Of a stretch of 32,000 nt of DNA, positions 1-6,297 are shown piece by piece. Both the position numbers and the translations under genes were made by a program. Location of the stretch: contig NZ_CP010341.1 in assembly GCF_000940845.1 (NCBI RefSeq), positions 1,530,001 through 1,562,000 on the forward strand, written 5' to 3'. Below the pieces are notes generated by a model. The model saw nothing but the letters and a program-made list of their open reading frames with translations, had not been told where the DNA came from and made no database searches. Within the stretch, counting starts at the first letter, position 1, and each line of letters starts with the position of its first letter. Source of the DNA: Propionibacterium freudenreichii subsp. freudenreichii (GTDB lineage Bacteria; Actinomycetota; Actinomycetes; Propionibacteriales; Propionibacteriaceae).

Positions 1-1
1 C

Positions 2-964
2 GGTCTCGAGGTGAGCCAGCTGGGCCTTGGCACGATGACATGGGGTGGCGACACCGACCTCCCCACCGCCACAGATCTGGTGACCACCTTCGTGGGCGCG
101 GGGGGAACCCTGGTCGACACGGCCCCCGCATACGGGGGCGGAGCGGCCGAGCAGATGCTGGGTCGGATCATGCGCACGACACTGAACCGGGAAGACGTGG
201 TACTCGCCACGAAGGCGGGTTTCGGGGTGCGCGACGGTCACCAGGTCATCGACACCTCCCGCAAGGCCATGCTCAACGACCTTGCGGGATCGCTGCGCCG
301 CCTGCGCACCGACCACGTCGACCTGTGGCAGGTCCATGCCTGGAGCGACACACCCCTGGACGAGACCCTGGCGGCCCTTGACCAGGCCGTCCGCTCCGGG
401 ATGGCCCGCTATGTGGGGGTGTGCAATTACATCGGCTGGCAGATCGGCACTGCCGCCACATGGCAGGAGGCCGTCCCCGACCGCAATCGGCTGGTCAGCG
501 CCCAGGTGGAGTATTCACTGCTGGCCCGTCGGGCGGAGATCGAGGTGGTCCCCGCCCTGAAGCACCACGAGATGGGCCTGTTCGCCTGGTCCCCCATCGG
601 ACGCGGTGTACTGACCGGCAAGTACCGCACTGGCACGCCACGCGATTCCCGGGGTGGCCGCAAGCACTTCAGCTGGTTCGTGGAGCCCTACCTGGAAGAG
701 CGGAGCCGGGCCGTCACCGACGGCGTGGCACGTGCTGCCGAGGGATTGGGCCTGACACCGGCCCAGGTCGCGCTCCTGTGGGTGCGCGACGCACCCGGTG
801 TGACCGCGCCGTTGTTGGGCGCTCGCACCACCGAACAGTTGCAGGCCTACCTGGGACTCGACGACGTACGCCTGCCCGAACCAATCATTGCGGCCCTGGA
901 TGACATCACGGGCGGACCCAATCAGGGGCGGGCGCCTGCACATCGGGTCGACGCCGACGCCTGA
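2..964 (+). CDS. aldo/keto reductase family oxidoreductase, 5' end cut by window edge
   Basis: The frame is open back to base 2 (GLEVSQLGLGTMTWG...), so the GTG at 11 is probably internal. AKR-type motifs are present: LGLGTMTWG, DTAPAYGGGAAEQMLG, LATK, HVDLWQVH, GVCNY. Stop TGA at 962-964. Confidence 0.85.
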   Translation, partial: GLEVSQLGLGTMTWGGDTDLPTATDLVTTFVGAGGTLVDTAPAYGGGAAEQMLGRIMRTTLNREDVVLATKAGFGVRDGHQVIDTSRKAMLNDLAGSLRRLRTDHVDLWQVHAWSDTPLDETLAALDQAVRSGMARYVGVCNYIGWQIGTAATWQEAVPDRNRLVSAQVEYSLLARRAEIEVVPALKHHEMGLFAWSPIGRGVLTGKYRTGTPRDSRGGRKHFSWFVEPYLEERSRAVTDGVARAAEGLGLTPAQVALLWVRDAPGVTAPLLGARTTEQLQAYLGLDDVRLPEPIIAALDDITGGPNQGRAPAHRVDADA

Positions 965-981
965 GCCGCCTGTGGGGGCGA

Positions 982-1233
982 CTACACGAGTGCGGTCAAC
1001 CGGGCCCGGATGACCTTCCTGCGCAACCACACCTCGCGCGAACCATCGCGGTACCGCCTCAGCCGGGCCAGTTCCCACCCGTCATGCTCAGCCTGCTCGG
1101 TCAACAGGCGACGCACCTGGTTGCGGGTGACCTCACGCGTCAGCCTGAGGCACTGCTCCTCCGTTTCGACACCGGAACGCTCTCGCCTCCGGAGCCTGGT
1201 GGACGCGATCCACGAGCTGGGCAGGTAATCCAT
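982..1233 (-). CDS. small conserved actinobacterial protein (DUF5703-like)
   Basis: ATG at 1233-1231 gives 83 aa (MDYLPSSW...VIRARLTALV). The segment TRNQVRRLLTEQAEHDGWELARLRRYRDGSREVWLRRKVIR matches my recollection of the DUF5703 family pattern (LLT.HAEYG.WEL.RLRLYPDG.R.V.LRR). The 140-aa track ORF running to 1404 adds a Cys/Pro/Arg-rich extension through a repeat-rich promoter region, so I trimmed it. Confidence 0.6.
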   Translation of the reverse strand: MDYLPSSWIASTRLRRRERSGVETEEQCLRLTREVTRNQVRRLLTEQAEHDGWELARLRRYRDGSREVWLRRKVIRARLTALV

Positions 1234-1335
1234 GGCTTCTCCCTGTTCACCGGTACCGGTCGATCGGATCGGATTCGCCGGTGCACGCGATGATAGCGCC
1301 GCGTTCACAACGCCCACGCCGTGGCGATGACAGCT

Positions 1336-1387
1336 CGGACACGGTTGCACGCGTACACGCGTGCAGGGCGGACACGGATGCACGCGT
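1336..1387. promoter_or_regulatory. cluster of three TGCACGCGT 9-mers (two direct, one inverted) in the divergent DUF5703 / tRNA-Leu intergenic region
   Basis: CGGACACGGTTGCACGCGT (1336-1354) and CGGACACGGATGCACGCGT (1369-1387) match at 18 of 19 positions and start 33 nt apart. TGCACGCGT-AC-ACGCGTGCA (1346-1365) is a palindrome with 9-bp arms. The cluster lies 60-110 nt upstream of the tRNA. Confidence 0.35.
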
Positions 1388-1447
1388 TCGCGCGCGCGAG
1401 CCAAGGAATGCTATGGTTTTGGGGCGTTGCAGGAAACTGCACACAGT

Positions 1448-1536
1448 GTCCGGGTGGCGGAATAGGTAGACGCGCTAGCTTGAGGTGCTAGTGCCCGTTA
1501 TAGGGCATGGAGGTTCAAGTCCTCTCTCGGACACCA
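1448..1536 (+). tRNA. tRNA-Leu, anticodon GAG, class II (long variable arm), CCA encoded
   Basis: Hand-folded cloverleaf. Acceptor GTCCGGG/CTCGGAC (one G-U pair). D arm GCG-GAATAGGTAGA-CGC. Anticodon stem CTAGC/GCTAG with loop TT-GAG-GT. Variable arm TGCCCGTTATAGGGCAT. T arm GGAGG-TTCAAGT-CCTCT. Discriminator A followed by CCA. Confidence 0.9.
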
Positions 1537-1593
1537 TCGTTGAAACCCTCTCTGACAAGGGGAAGCACCTAGTCGGAGAGGGTTTTTCATGCC
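1511..1593. repeat. attL-like direct repeat (tRNA-Leu T-arm, acceptor 3' half and downstream terminator)
   Basis: AGGTTCAAGTCCTCTCTCGGACACCATCG...TTTTTCATGCC aligns with 3138-3218 (AGGTTCACGTCCTCTCTCGGAAACAATGCG...TTTTTCGTGCC). By hand alignment identity is roughly 80%. The first 22 nt differ at a single position. Confidence 0.75.
1546..1587 (+). terminator. rho-independent terminator after tRNA-Leu
   Basis: Stem CCCTCTCTGAC (1546-1556) pairs with GTCGGAGAGGG (1572-1582), 11 bp including one G-U. It is followed by TTTTT (1583-1587). Confidence 0.7.
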
Positions 1594-1691
1594 TCTCTCG
1601 TGCCCGTGCGGCCGCTGACGGACGCTCCGATATGCCGACATCTGGCACGTGTGCGGCACGTCACTGGCACGAAAACCGAGGAGGCCGACCC

Positions 1692-1960
1692 ATGGGACGA
1701 CGTGGATTCGGCTCCATCAGGACGCTGCCGTCGGGAAAGTACTAGGCCCGCTACACCGCCCCCGACCTTGGCGTCCACAAGGCCCCATGACCTTAACCAG
1801 GAAACAGGACCCAGAACGCTGGCTCGCCGCCGAGGAAGACCTCATCTCCCTGGGAGTGTGGGCCGCGCCAAAGATCCGGGCCGCGAAACCCAAGTGCACG
1901 TGCGTCGGGACATGGATCGAGAAGGTCATCCAGCGCGCGCCAGCCGCACCCGCAGACCGC
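1692..1960 (+). pseudogene. tyrosine recombinase (phage-type integrase) N-terminal remnant with an in-frame stop, a frameshift and no catalytic domain
   Basis: ATG 1692 reads MGRRGFGSIRTLPSGKY-TAG-ARYTAPDLGVHKAP. This matches the typical actinobacterial integrase start (..RRGFGSIRKLPSGRYQARYTGPDG..) with CAG changed to TAG. The homology continues in another frame as TLTRKQDPERWLAAEEDLISLGVWAAP...VGTWIEKVIQRA and then fades. No R..HxxR..Y catalytic region exists before the next gene. Confidence 0.6.
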
Positions 1961-2137
1961 TGGCACAAACCACGTTCGACGTGCTGTGGGTCACCGACGA
2001 CGTGATGAAGGTGCGCATCGAGCACCTTCATCCGCCTGAGCGGGCGTGGATCGAGAAGAACCTCGCAGGTCCCTGAAACTGTCACAGGCCCCCGATAGAT
2101 TCCTGACAAGACACCCGCCGATCCGAAGGACTCCCCC

Positions 2138-2458
2138 ATGGCCACCAACGAACCCGACATCGCCGCCAAGCTCCTCGAACACCTCGACGCCAAATACGCC
2201 GCCGGTCAGCTGAGCCCAGCCGAACACGAGGCACGCAGAACCAGGCTGCTGGCAGACATCCAGCGGGGGGCCTACAACCGGCCGAGCGTTTCAACCATCG
2301 TCGGTCACTTCGCCTTCGGAATCATCCTTCTCGCCCTATGCGTTGGCATTGCGGGAGCCGGCGGCGGCCTGGTCGCTGGCCTGATGGTCATTGGCGGATT
2401 CGTGTTGATCGGCATGGGAGCGGGACGCCTGGTCAAGAGGATCCGACTCAAGATCTGA
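2138..2458 (+). CDS. small membrane protein with an N-terminal SHOCT-like helix motif and C-terminal Gly-rich transmembrane helices
   Basis: ATG preceded by GAAGGA with 7-nt spacing. The N-terminus AAKLLEHLDAKYAAGQLSPAEHEARRTRLLADI resembles the SHOCT pattern (L..L...G.I...E....K..LL). Hydrophobic stretches IVGHFAFGIILLALCVGIAGAGGGLVAGLMVIGGFVLIGMGAG follow. Confidence 0.55.
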   Translation: MATNEPDIAAKLLEHLDAKYAAGQLSPAEHEARRTRLLADIQRGAYNRPSVSTIVGHFAFGIILLALCVGIAGAGGGLVAGLMVIGGFVLIGMGAGRLVKRIRLKI

Positions 2459-2504
2459 CCAGGTTCTGTCACGTCAGTACCCACCAACTCGAAGGACTCC
2501 CGAC

Positions 2505-3002
2505 ATGAAGCACGCCCACCGAATCCTCGCCCTGGTCGCCGCAGCACCGTTGCTGCTCACCGCCTGCGGATCCAATGACGGCAGCACACCCGCATCCACC
2601 CCGAGCTCAAGCACTCCTACTACCGCAAGCGCCTCCCATTCAGCGACCCCAAACGTAACGACCCGGCCAGCCTCAACGACCACCCTGACTGCCACATCTC
2701 CCAGCGACCTACGCAACAAGCTCACCGCATCCGGCCTGGCCTGCACCGGCTGGCACGAGACACTGGAATCCGGCTTAGCCGGGACCTGTTCCGGCAACAT
2801 CCGTCTCGTAGTGAACGGCGATCCTGGAGAAGCCTCCTGGGACCGCTTGTACGAAGGCAACCGAGATCTGTTCAAGAGGCTGGTCGGTTCAGACCAGTAC
2901 TCTTCCCTGAAAATGATCATCGACGCTAACTGGTATGCACTCGTCCCCGCAGCCCAAGCCTCCGACCTGGCTGCCGCGACCGGGGCGCAGACGTACAAGT
3001 GA
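2505..3002 (+). CDS. lipoprotein of unknown function (Ser/Thr/Pro-rich linker plus ~95-aa C-terminal domain)
   Basis: ATG preceded by GAAGGA with 8-nt spacing. The signal peptide MKHAHRILALVAAAPLLLTAC has a lipobox (LLTAC). A long STP-rich tract follows, then a globular domain containing Cys residues. Codons are less GC3-biased than in neighbouring genes. Confidence 0.7.
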   Translation: MKHAHRILALVAAAPLLLTACGSNDGSTPASTPSSSTPTTASASHSATPNVTTRPASTTTLTATSPSDLRNKLTASGLACTGWHETLESGLAGTCSGNIRLVVNGDPGEASWDRLYEGNRDLFKRLVGSDQYSSLKMIIDANWYALVPAAQASDLAAATGAQTYK

Positions 3003-3137
3003 TAGTCCGTGCCTCACGGCCAGACAGAGACTAGCTAGCCCCTGAGCGATAATCACCGAAGCCGCTCCCGGCGGTCCCCGTCTGGCACGAAACATAATCC
3101 CAGCCACGTTTCCCCTTGTCATGGGCACTCTGCGGGA

Positions 3138-3218
3138 AGGTTCACGTCCTCTCTCGGAAACAATGCGTAACACCCCTCTGACAAGGTGAAATGCCTCGTC
3201 AGAGGGGTTTTTCGTGCC
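3138..3218. repeat. attR-like direct repeat (displaced copy of the tRNA-Leu 3' end plus terminator)
   Basis: See 1511-1593. This copy lacks the tRNA 5' two-thirds and has mismatches in the acceptor 3' strand (CTCGGAAACAA versus CTCGGACACCA). Confidence 0.75.
3173..3212 (+). terminator. rho-independent terminator (second copy, inside the attR-like repeat)
   Basis: Stem CCCCTCTGAC (3173-3182) pairs with GTCAGAGGGG (3198-3207), 10 bp perfect. It is followed by TTTTT (3208-3212). Confidence 0.7.
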
Positions 3219-3516
3219 TGAGGGCACGCAACGCGGGACTCCAATCCGTGCCAGATGTCGCACGCCTGCGGTGCATGGTGCTCAACCGGTGCCCGGCTCA
3301 CCGGGGCCGGGACGCGACCCACATCACGCCAACCGGGGGCACCGGGATGGACCGCCGGTCTGGCGATGGCGACATTGCATCGGCCTGCGGACCGATATCA
3401 GTGCGGCACGCCGATCACTGCGTCAACGCGGCGCAGCACACGGCTAGCCTAGGTGGCTGTCAGGATGGCTGCGGCTCGAGCATGGCCCCAGCCGCGCCTG
3501 CGAGCAGAGAGCGCAC

Positions 3517-4353
3517 ATGAACCTTCTCCACGCCATTCTCCTGGGCATCGTCGAGGGAATCACCGAGTTCCTTCCGGTGTCCAGTACCGGCCACCTGAAC
3601 ATCGTCGAAAAGCTCCTCGGCTACCAGATCGACTCCCCCGGCATGACCGCGTTCACGGCGGTCATCCAGGTGGGGGCGATCATTGCCGCCATCGTCTTCT
3701 TCTGGAAGGACATCGTCGCCATCGTGGTGGCCTGGTGTCGCGGGATCGTCCATGCCGACAAGCGGGATGACCCGAACTACCGGATGGGCTGGGCAGTGAT
3801 TCTGGGATCCATCCCGGTGGCCGTGGTGGGCCTGGCATTCAAGAACGCGATCGAGACGACCACTCGTTCCCTGTGGGTCATTGTCGGGGCGCTGCTGGTC
3901 TGGAGCATCGTCATGGCCATCGCCGACAGGCGTGACCATGGCGAGCGCACCATGGTGGACGTGACGTGGAAGGACGGGCTCATCATCGGGCTGTTCCAGG
4001 CCCTGGCCCCCGTATTTCCGGGCATCTCGCGTTCGGGCGCGACGATTTCGGCCGGCCTGTTCCGGGGGATGGATCGTGTCTCGGCAACCAAGCTGAGCTT
4101 CTTCCTGGGAATCCCCGCGCTGGTGGCTGCCGGCGGCATGGAGGCCATCAGCCAGGCGGGGGCCATTTCGGCCCAGGTGGGTTGGCTACCCACGGCCGTG
4201 GCGACGGTCGTGTCGCTGGTGGTCGCCTATGTGTCCATCGCCTGGTTGCTGCGCTTCGTGTCCAAGAATTCCTTCACGGGGTTCATCGTCTACCGCATCA
4301 TCCTGGCCGCAGTGATCATCGTCCTCATCATGATGGGCGTCGTGGCTGCCTGA
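3517..4353 (+). CDS. uppP: undecaprenyl-diphosphate phosphatase
   Basis: 278 aa. N-terminus MNLLHAILLGIVEGITEFLPVSSTGHL and PGISRSGATI are the BacA/UppP signature motifs. The protein is polytopic and hydrophobic throughout. Confidence 0.95.
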   Translation: MNLLHAILLGIVEGITEFLPVSSTGHLNIVEKLLGYQIDSPGMTAFTAVIQVGAIIAAIVFFWKDIVAIVVAWCRGIVHADKRDDPNYRMGWAVILGSIPVAVVGLAFKNAIETTTRSLWVIVGALLVWSIVMAIADRRDHGERTMVDVTWKDGLIIGLFQALAPVFPGISRSGATISAGLFRGMDRVSATKLSFFLGIPALVAAGGMEAISQAGAISAQVGWLPTAVATVVSLVVAYVSIAWLLRFVSKNSFTGFIVYRIILAAVIIVLIMMGVVAA

Positions 4354-4364
4354 CGCCTCGAACA

Positions 4365-4412
4365 GAACGCACGAGGGGGACCGCACGGCCGTGCGGTCCC
4401 CCTCGTGCGTTT
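4365..4412. terminator. bidirectional terminator: perfect 48-nt palindrome between convergent uppP and the NifX-like gene
   Basis: GAACGCACGAGGGGGACCGCAC-GGCC-GTGCGGTCCCCCTCGTGCGTTC forms a 22-bp perfect stem. It lies between the uppP stop (4351-4353) and the minus-strand stop at 4424-4426. Confidence 0.75.
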
Positions 4413-4423
4413 CTGCCTGCTGC

Positions 4424-4810
4424 CTACTTGTCGTCTTCCGACTCAAGCCGCTTGACCACGGCCAGCACTGCGTCGCGGGCGGGCATCTCCGGCACGCCGA
4501 CAACGACCGCGAGGCCGAGCTTGCCCAGGGTGTTGACCATGGGAGGACCCATGTGGCCGGCGGCCGCAACCGTCACCGAGTTGTCACGCATGAAGCGCAC
4601 GATCCGGGCGTGATGCTGGCCATGCTCGCTCTGGTCATGGAGGACGTCCCAACCGACCTGCTCGGTGCGCCAGTCGGTGATGGCACCATCCTCGACGGTG
4701 GCGATCGCCATTTCGGGGGCACGGCCGAAGCGTGGCTCAACATCACCGGTAGGGGTGACCGGAATGGCCACCACCTGACGGCCGAGGCCATTCACGTTCT
4801 CAGTTGTCAT
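4424..4810 (-). CDS. NifX/NifB-C-terminal-like (dinitrogenase FeMo-cofactor-binding fold) small protein
   Basis: 128 aa. The pattern VAIPV...V.PRFGRAPE.AIATVEDG... followed by ...VTVAAAGHMGPPMVNTLGKLGLAVVVGV fits my recollection of PF02579-type proteins. ATG at 4810 lies 2 nt after the trpB2-like stop. Confidence 0.65.
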   Translation of the reverse strand: MTTENVNGLGRQVVAIPVTPTGDVEPRFGRAPEMAIATVEDGAITDWRTEQVGWDVLHDQSEHGQHHARIVRFMRDNSVTVAAAGHMGPPMVNTLGKLGLAVVVGVPEMPARDAVLAVVKRLESEDDK

Positions 4811-4812
4811 GG

Positions 4813-6135
4813 TCAGACCCTACCTTCGTAGGCCGGCAGGTCGAGCACGCCATTTCCCGATACCCCGATCACCACGACCTCGTCGGGTCGCGCCGAGGTC
4901 GTCACATAGTCGAGGGCTCCGGCAATCGCGTGGGTCGATTCGGGCGCCGGGATGATTCCCTCACTGCACGCGAAGAGAACACCAGCCCTGAAGGAGGTGT
5001 CCTGGTCGATGGCCGTTGCCCCCATCAGCCCCAGGTGCACCGCGTGGGACACCATCGGGCTCATCCCGTGGTAGCGCAGTCCGCCGGCGTGGATCGCTGG
5101 CGGGACGAAGTCGGTTCCCAGGGTGTACATCATGAGCTTCGGGGTGAGCCCGGCGACGTCGCCGAAGTCGTAGCGGTATTCGCCCTTCGTGATCGAGGGT
5201 GCCGCCTCGGGCTCGCAGGCCATGAACCTGGTCGTCGTGCCCTCCCGCAGGTTCTGGCCGATCAGGGGGAAGGTGATGCCGGTCAGGTTGGAGCCGCCGC
5301 CGGCGCAGGCGAAGACGATGTCAGCCTGTTCCTCCCCCGCCGCCGCCAGCTGCTCAAGCAGTTCCTCACCGATGACGCTCTGGTGGATCATCACGTGGTT
5401 GAGCACACTGCCCAGGGCGTAGTGGGCGCTCGGATCGCCCGCAGCCACCTCAACAGCTTCGCTGATGGCCATGCCCAACGATCCGGTGGTGTCGGGCATC
5501 CGGTCGAGCAGTTCGCGCCCCGAGGCCGTGAGGTCGGAGGGCGACGGATGGCAGCTCGAGCCGTAGACCTCCATCTGGTAGCGCCGGTAGGGCTTGGCGT
5601 CGTAGGAGGCCCGCACCTGCCACACCTCGGCGACCATGTCGAACAACGCACAGGCGAAGGCCAGGGAGGCTCCCCACTGGCCGGCTCCGGTCTCGGTGGT
5701 GAGCTTGGAGATCCCCTGGGCCTTGTTGTAGAAGGCCTGCGCCACCGCGGTGTTCGGCTTGTGCGAGCCGGTGGGGCTGACCCCCTCGTACTTGTAGTAG
5801 ATCTTGGCCTTCGTGCCAAGTTCCCTCTCCAGCCGACGGGCACGCACGAGGGGGCTCGGCCGCCACAGTGCGTAGACCTCACGGATTGCCTGGGGAATGT
5901 CGATATAGCGCTGCGTGCTCACCTCCTGGGCGATGAGCTCCTCGGCGAACAGGGGCGCCAGATCGTCAGCCGTCACCGGCTCATCGGTGGCCGGGTTCAG
6001 GGCCGGCGGCATGGGCTCGGGGAAATCCGCATTGAGGTTGTACCAGCGGGTCGGAACCGTGGACGGCACGGCTGTCCCGAGTGTGTGCAGGACCTCGGAT
6101 GTCGCGTCGGATGAAGGGCCTGGGTTCTGGCTCAC
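4813..6135 (-). CDS. TrpB-like PLP-dependent enzyme (tryptophan synthase beta, TrpB2 type)
   Basis: Motifs PTRWYNLNADFPEP, GSHKPNTA (PLP lysine), TETGAGQWG and CAGGGSN. I place the start at GTG 6135 (VSQNPG...) because GGAGG sits 8 nt upstream. The track start at 6198 has no SD and adds an unconserved extension. The start remains uncertain. Confidence 0.85.
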   Translation of the reverse strand: MSQNPGPSSDATSEVLHTLGTAVPSTVPTRWYNLNADFPEPMPPALNPATDEPVTADDLAPLFAEELIAQEVSTQRYIDIPQAIREVYALWRPSPLVRARRLERELGTKAKIYYKYEGVSPTGSHKPNTAVAQAFYNKAQGISKLTTETGAGQWGASLAFACALFDMVAEVWQVRASYDAKPYRRYQMEVYGSSCHPSPSDLTASGRELLDRMPDTTGSLGMAISEAVEVAAGDPSAHYALGSVLNHVMIHQSVIGEELLEQLAAAGEEQADIVFACAGGGSNLTGITFPLIGQNLREGTTTRFMACEPEAAPSITKGEYRYDFGDVAGLTPKLMMYTLGTDFVPPAIHAGGLRYHGMSPMVSHAVHLGLMGATAIDQDTSFRAGVLFACSEGIIPAPESTHAIAGALDYVTTSARPDEVVVIGVSGNGVLDLPAYEGRV

Positions 6136-6225
6136 TGTGGTTGCCTCCGGTCTTCTGTCGTGGTCATTGCCATGGGACGTCACCGCCCCCCCCAACACGG
6201 CAGGTGTCCGGCTTGGGTGACGACA

Positions 6226-6269
6226 TCCTCCCGGGAGGAGAACGTGTCCGCGTCCCGTGAACGTTCACG
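6226..6269. promoter_or_regulatory. two perfect 14-bp palindromes in the dprA / trpB2-like intergenic leader
   Basis: TCCTCCCGGGAGGA (6226-6239) and CGTGAACGTTCACG (6256-6269). Both equal their own reverse complement and they are 16 bp apart. They lie 91-134 nt upstream of the proposed GTG 6135. Confidence 0.35.
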
Positions 6270-6272
6270 ATA

Positions 6273-6295
6273 CCGAGGTGGTTCGGCCACCGCGG
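6273..6295 (-). terminator. possible hairpin terminator directly after the dprA stop
   Basis: CCGAGGTGG-TTCGG-CCACCGCGG forms a 9-bp stem with one mismatch, starting 3 nt after the dprA TAG (6298-6300). No U-tract follows. Confidence 0.3.
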
Positions 6296-6297
6296 CA

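Larger units (their letters stand above)
1511..3218 (+). mobile_element. decayed tRNA-Leu-integrated element (integrase remnant plus two cargo genes) bounded by imperfect direct repeats
   Basis: Direct repeats at 1511-1593 and 3138-3218, the first starting inside the tRNA T-arm. A tyrosine-integrase N-terminal remnant follows the tRNA immediately. Cargo genes have visibly more A/T-ending codons than flanking core genes. Confidence 0.6.

Noticed and set aside
982-1404. N-terminal extensions of track ORFs: 982-1404, 6298-7614, 8990-9427, 11294-11872, 11924-12778, 12685-14826, 17876-18508, 18545-19927, 19668-21290 and 30824-31495.
   Set aside because: The extensions overlap the upstream gene or run through promoter or terminator sequence, and their composition is Arg/Pro/Cys-rich. 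Conserved protein N-termini, SD motifs or ATGA/GTGA couplings identify internal starts.
3219-3516. A ~300-nt ORF-free gap between the attR-like repeat and uppP, with many short GC hairpins and the palindromes GGCTAGCC and CCTAGG. Considered as a riboswitch or sRNA.
   Set aside because: I recognise no known RNA motif. Short hairpins are expected by chance in this composition. It is most simply the uppP promoter/leader plus island-junction sequence.
4804-6114. Long plus-strand ORF (436 aa) antisense to the trpB2-like gene. Similar cases are 12676-13671 (opposite sdhA), 19302-21362 and 20926-22533 (opposite ffh/ftsY), and 24527-26344 (opposite smc).
   Set aside because: These are shadow ORFs typical of high-GC DNA. 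They are Arg/Gly/Pro/His-rich with low complexity, have no recognisable motifs, and lie exactly opposite genes with unambiguous family signatures.
6186-6193. C8 (G8 on the coding strand) homopolymer upstream of the trpB2-like start, considered as a slipped-strand phase-variation tract.
   Set aside because: With the start at GTG 6135 the tract lies in the 5' UTR, and runs of this length are not unusual at this GC content. There is no evidence of length variation from a single sequence.
6164-6226. 20-codon upstream ORF (MSSPKPDTCRVGGGGDVPWQ) in the trpB2-like leader, considered as a Trp attenuator leader peptide.
   Set aside because: It has only one Trp codon. Its ATG directly abuts the GGAGG with no spacing. 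No obvious alternative terminator/antiterminator pairing is visible.
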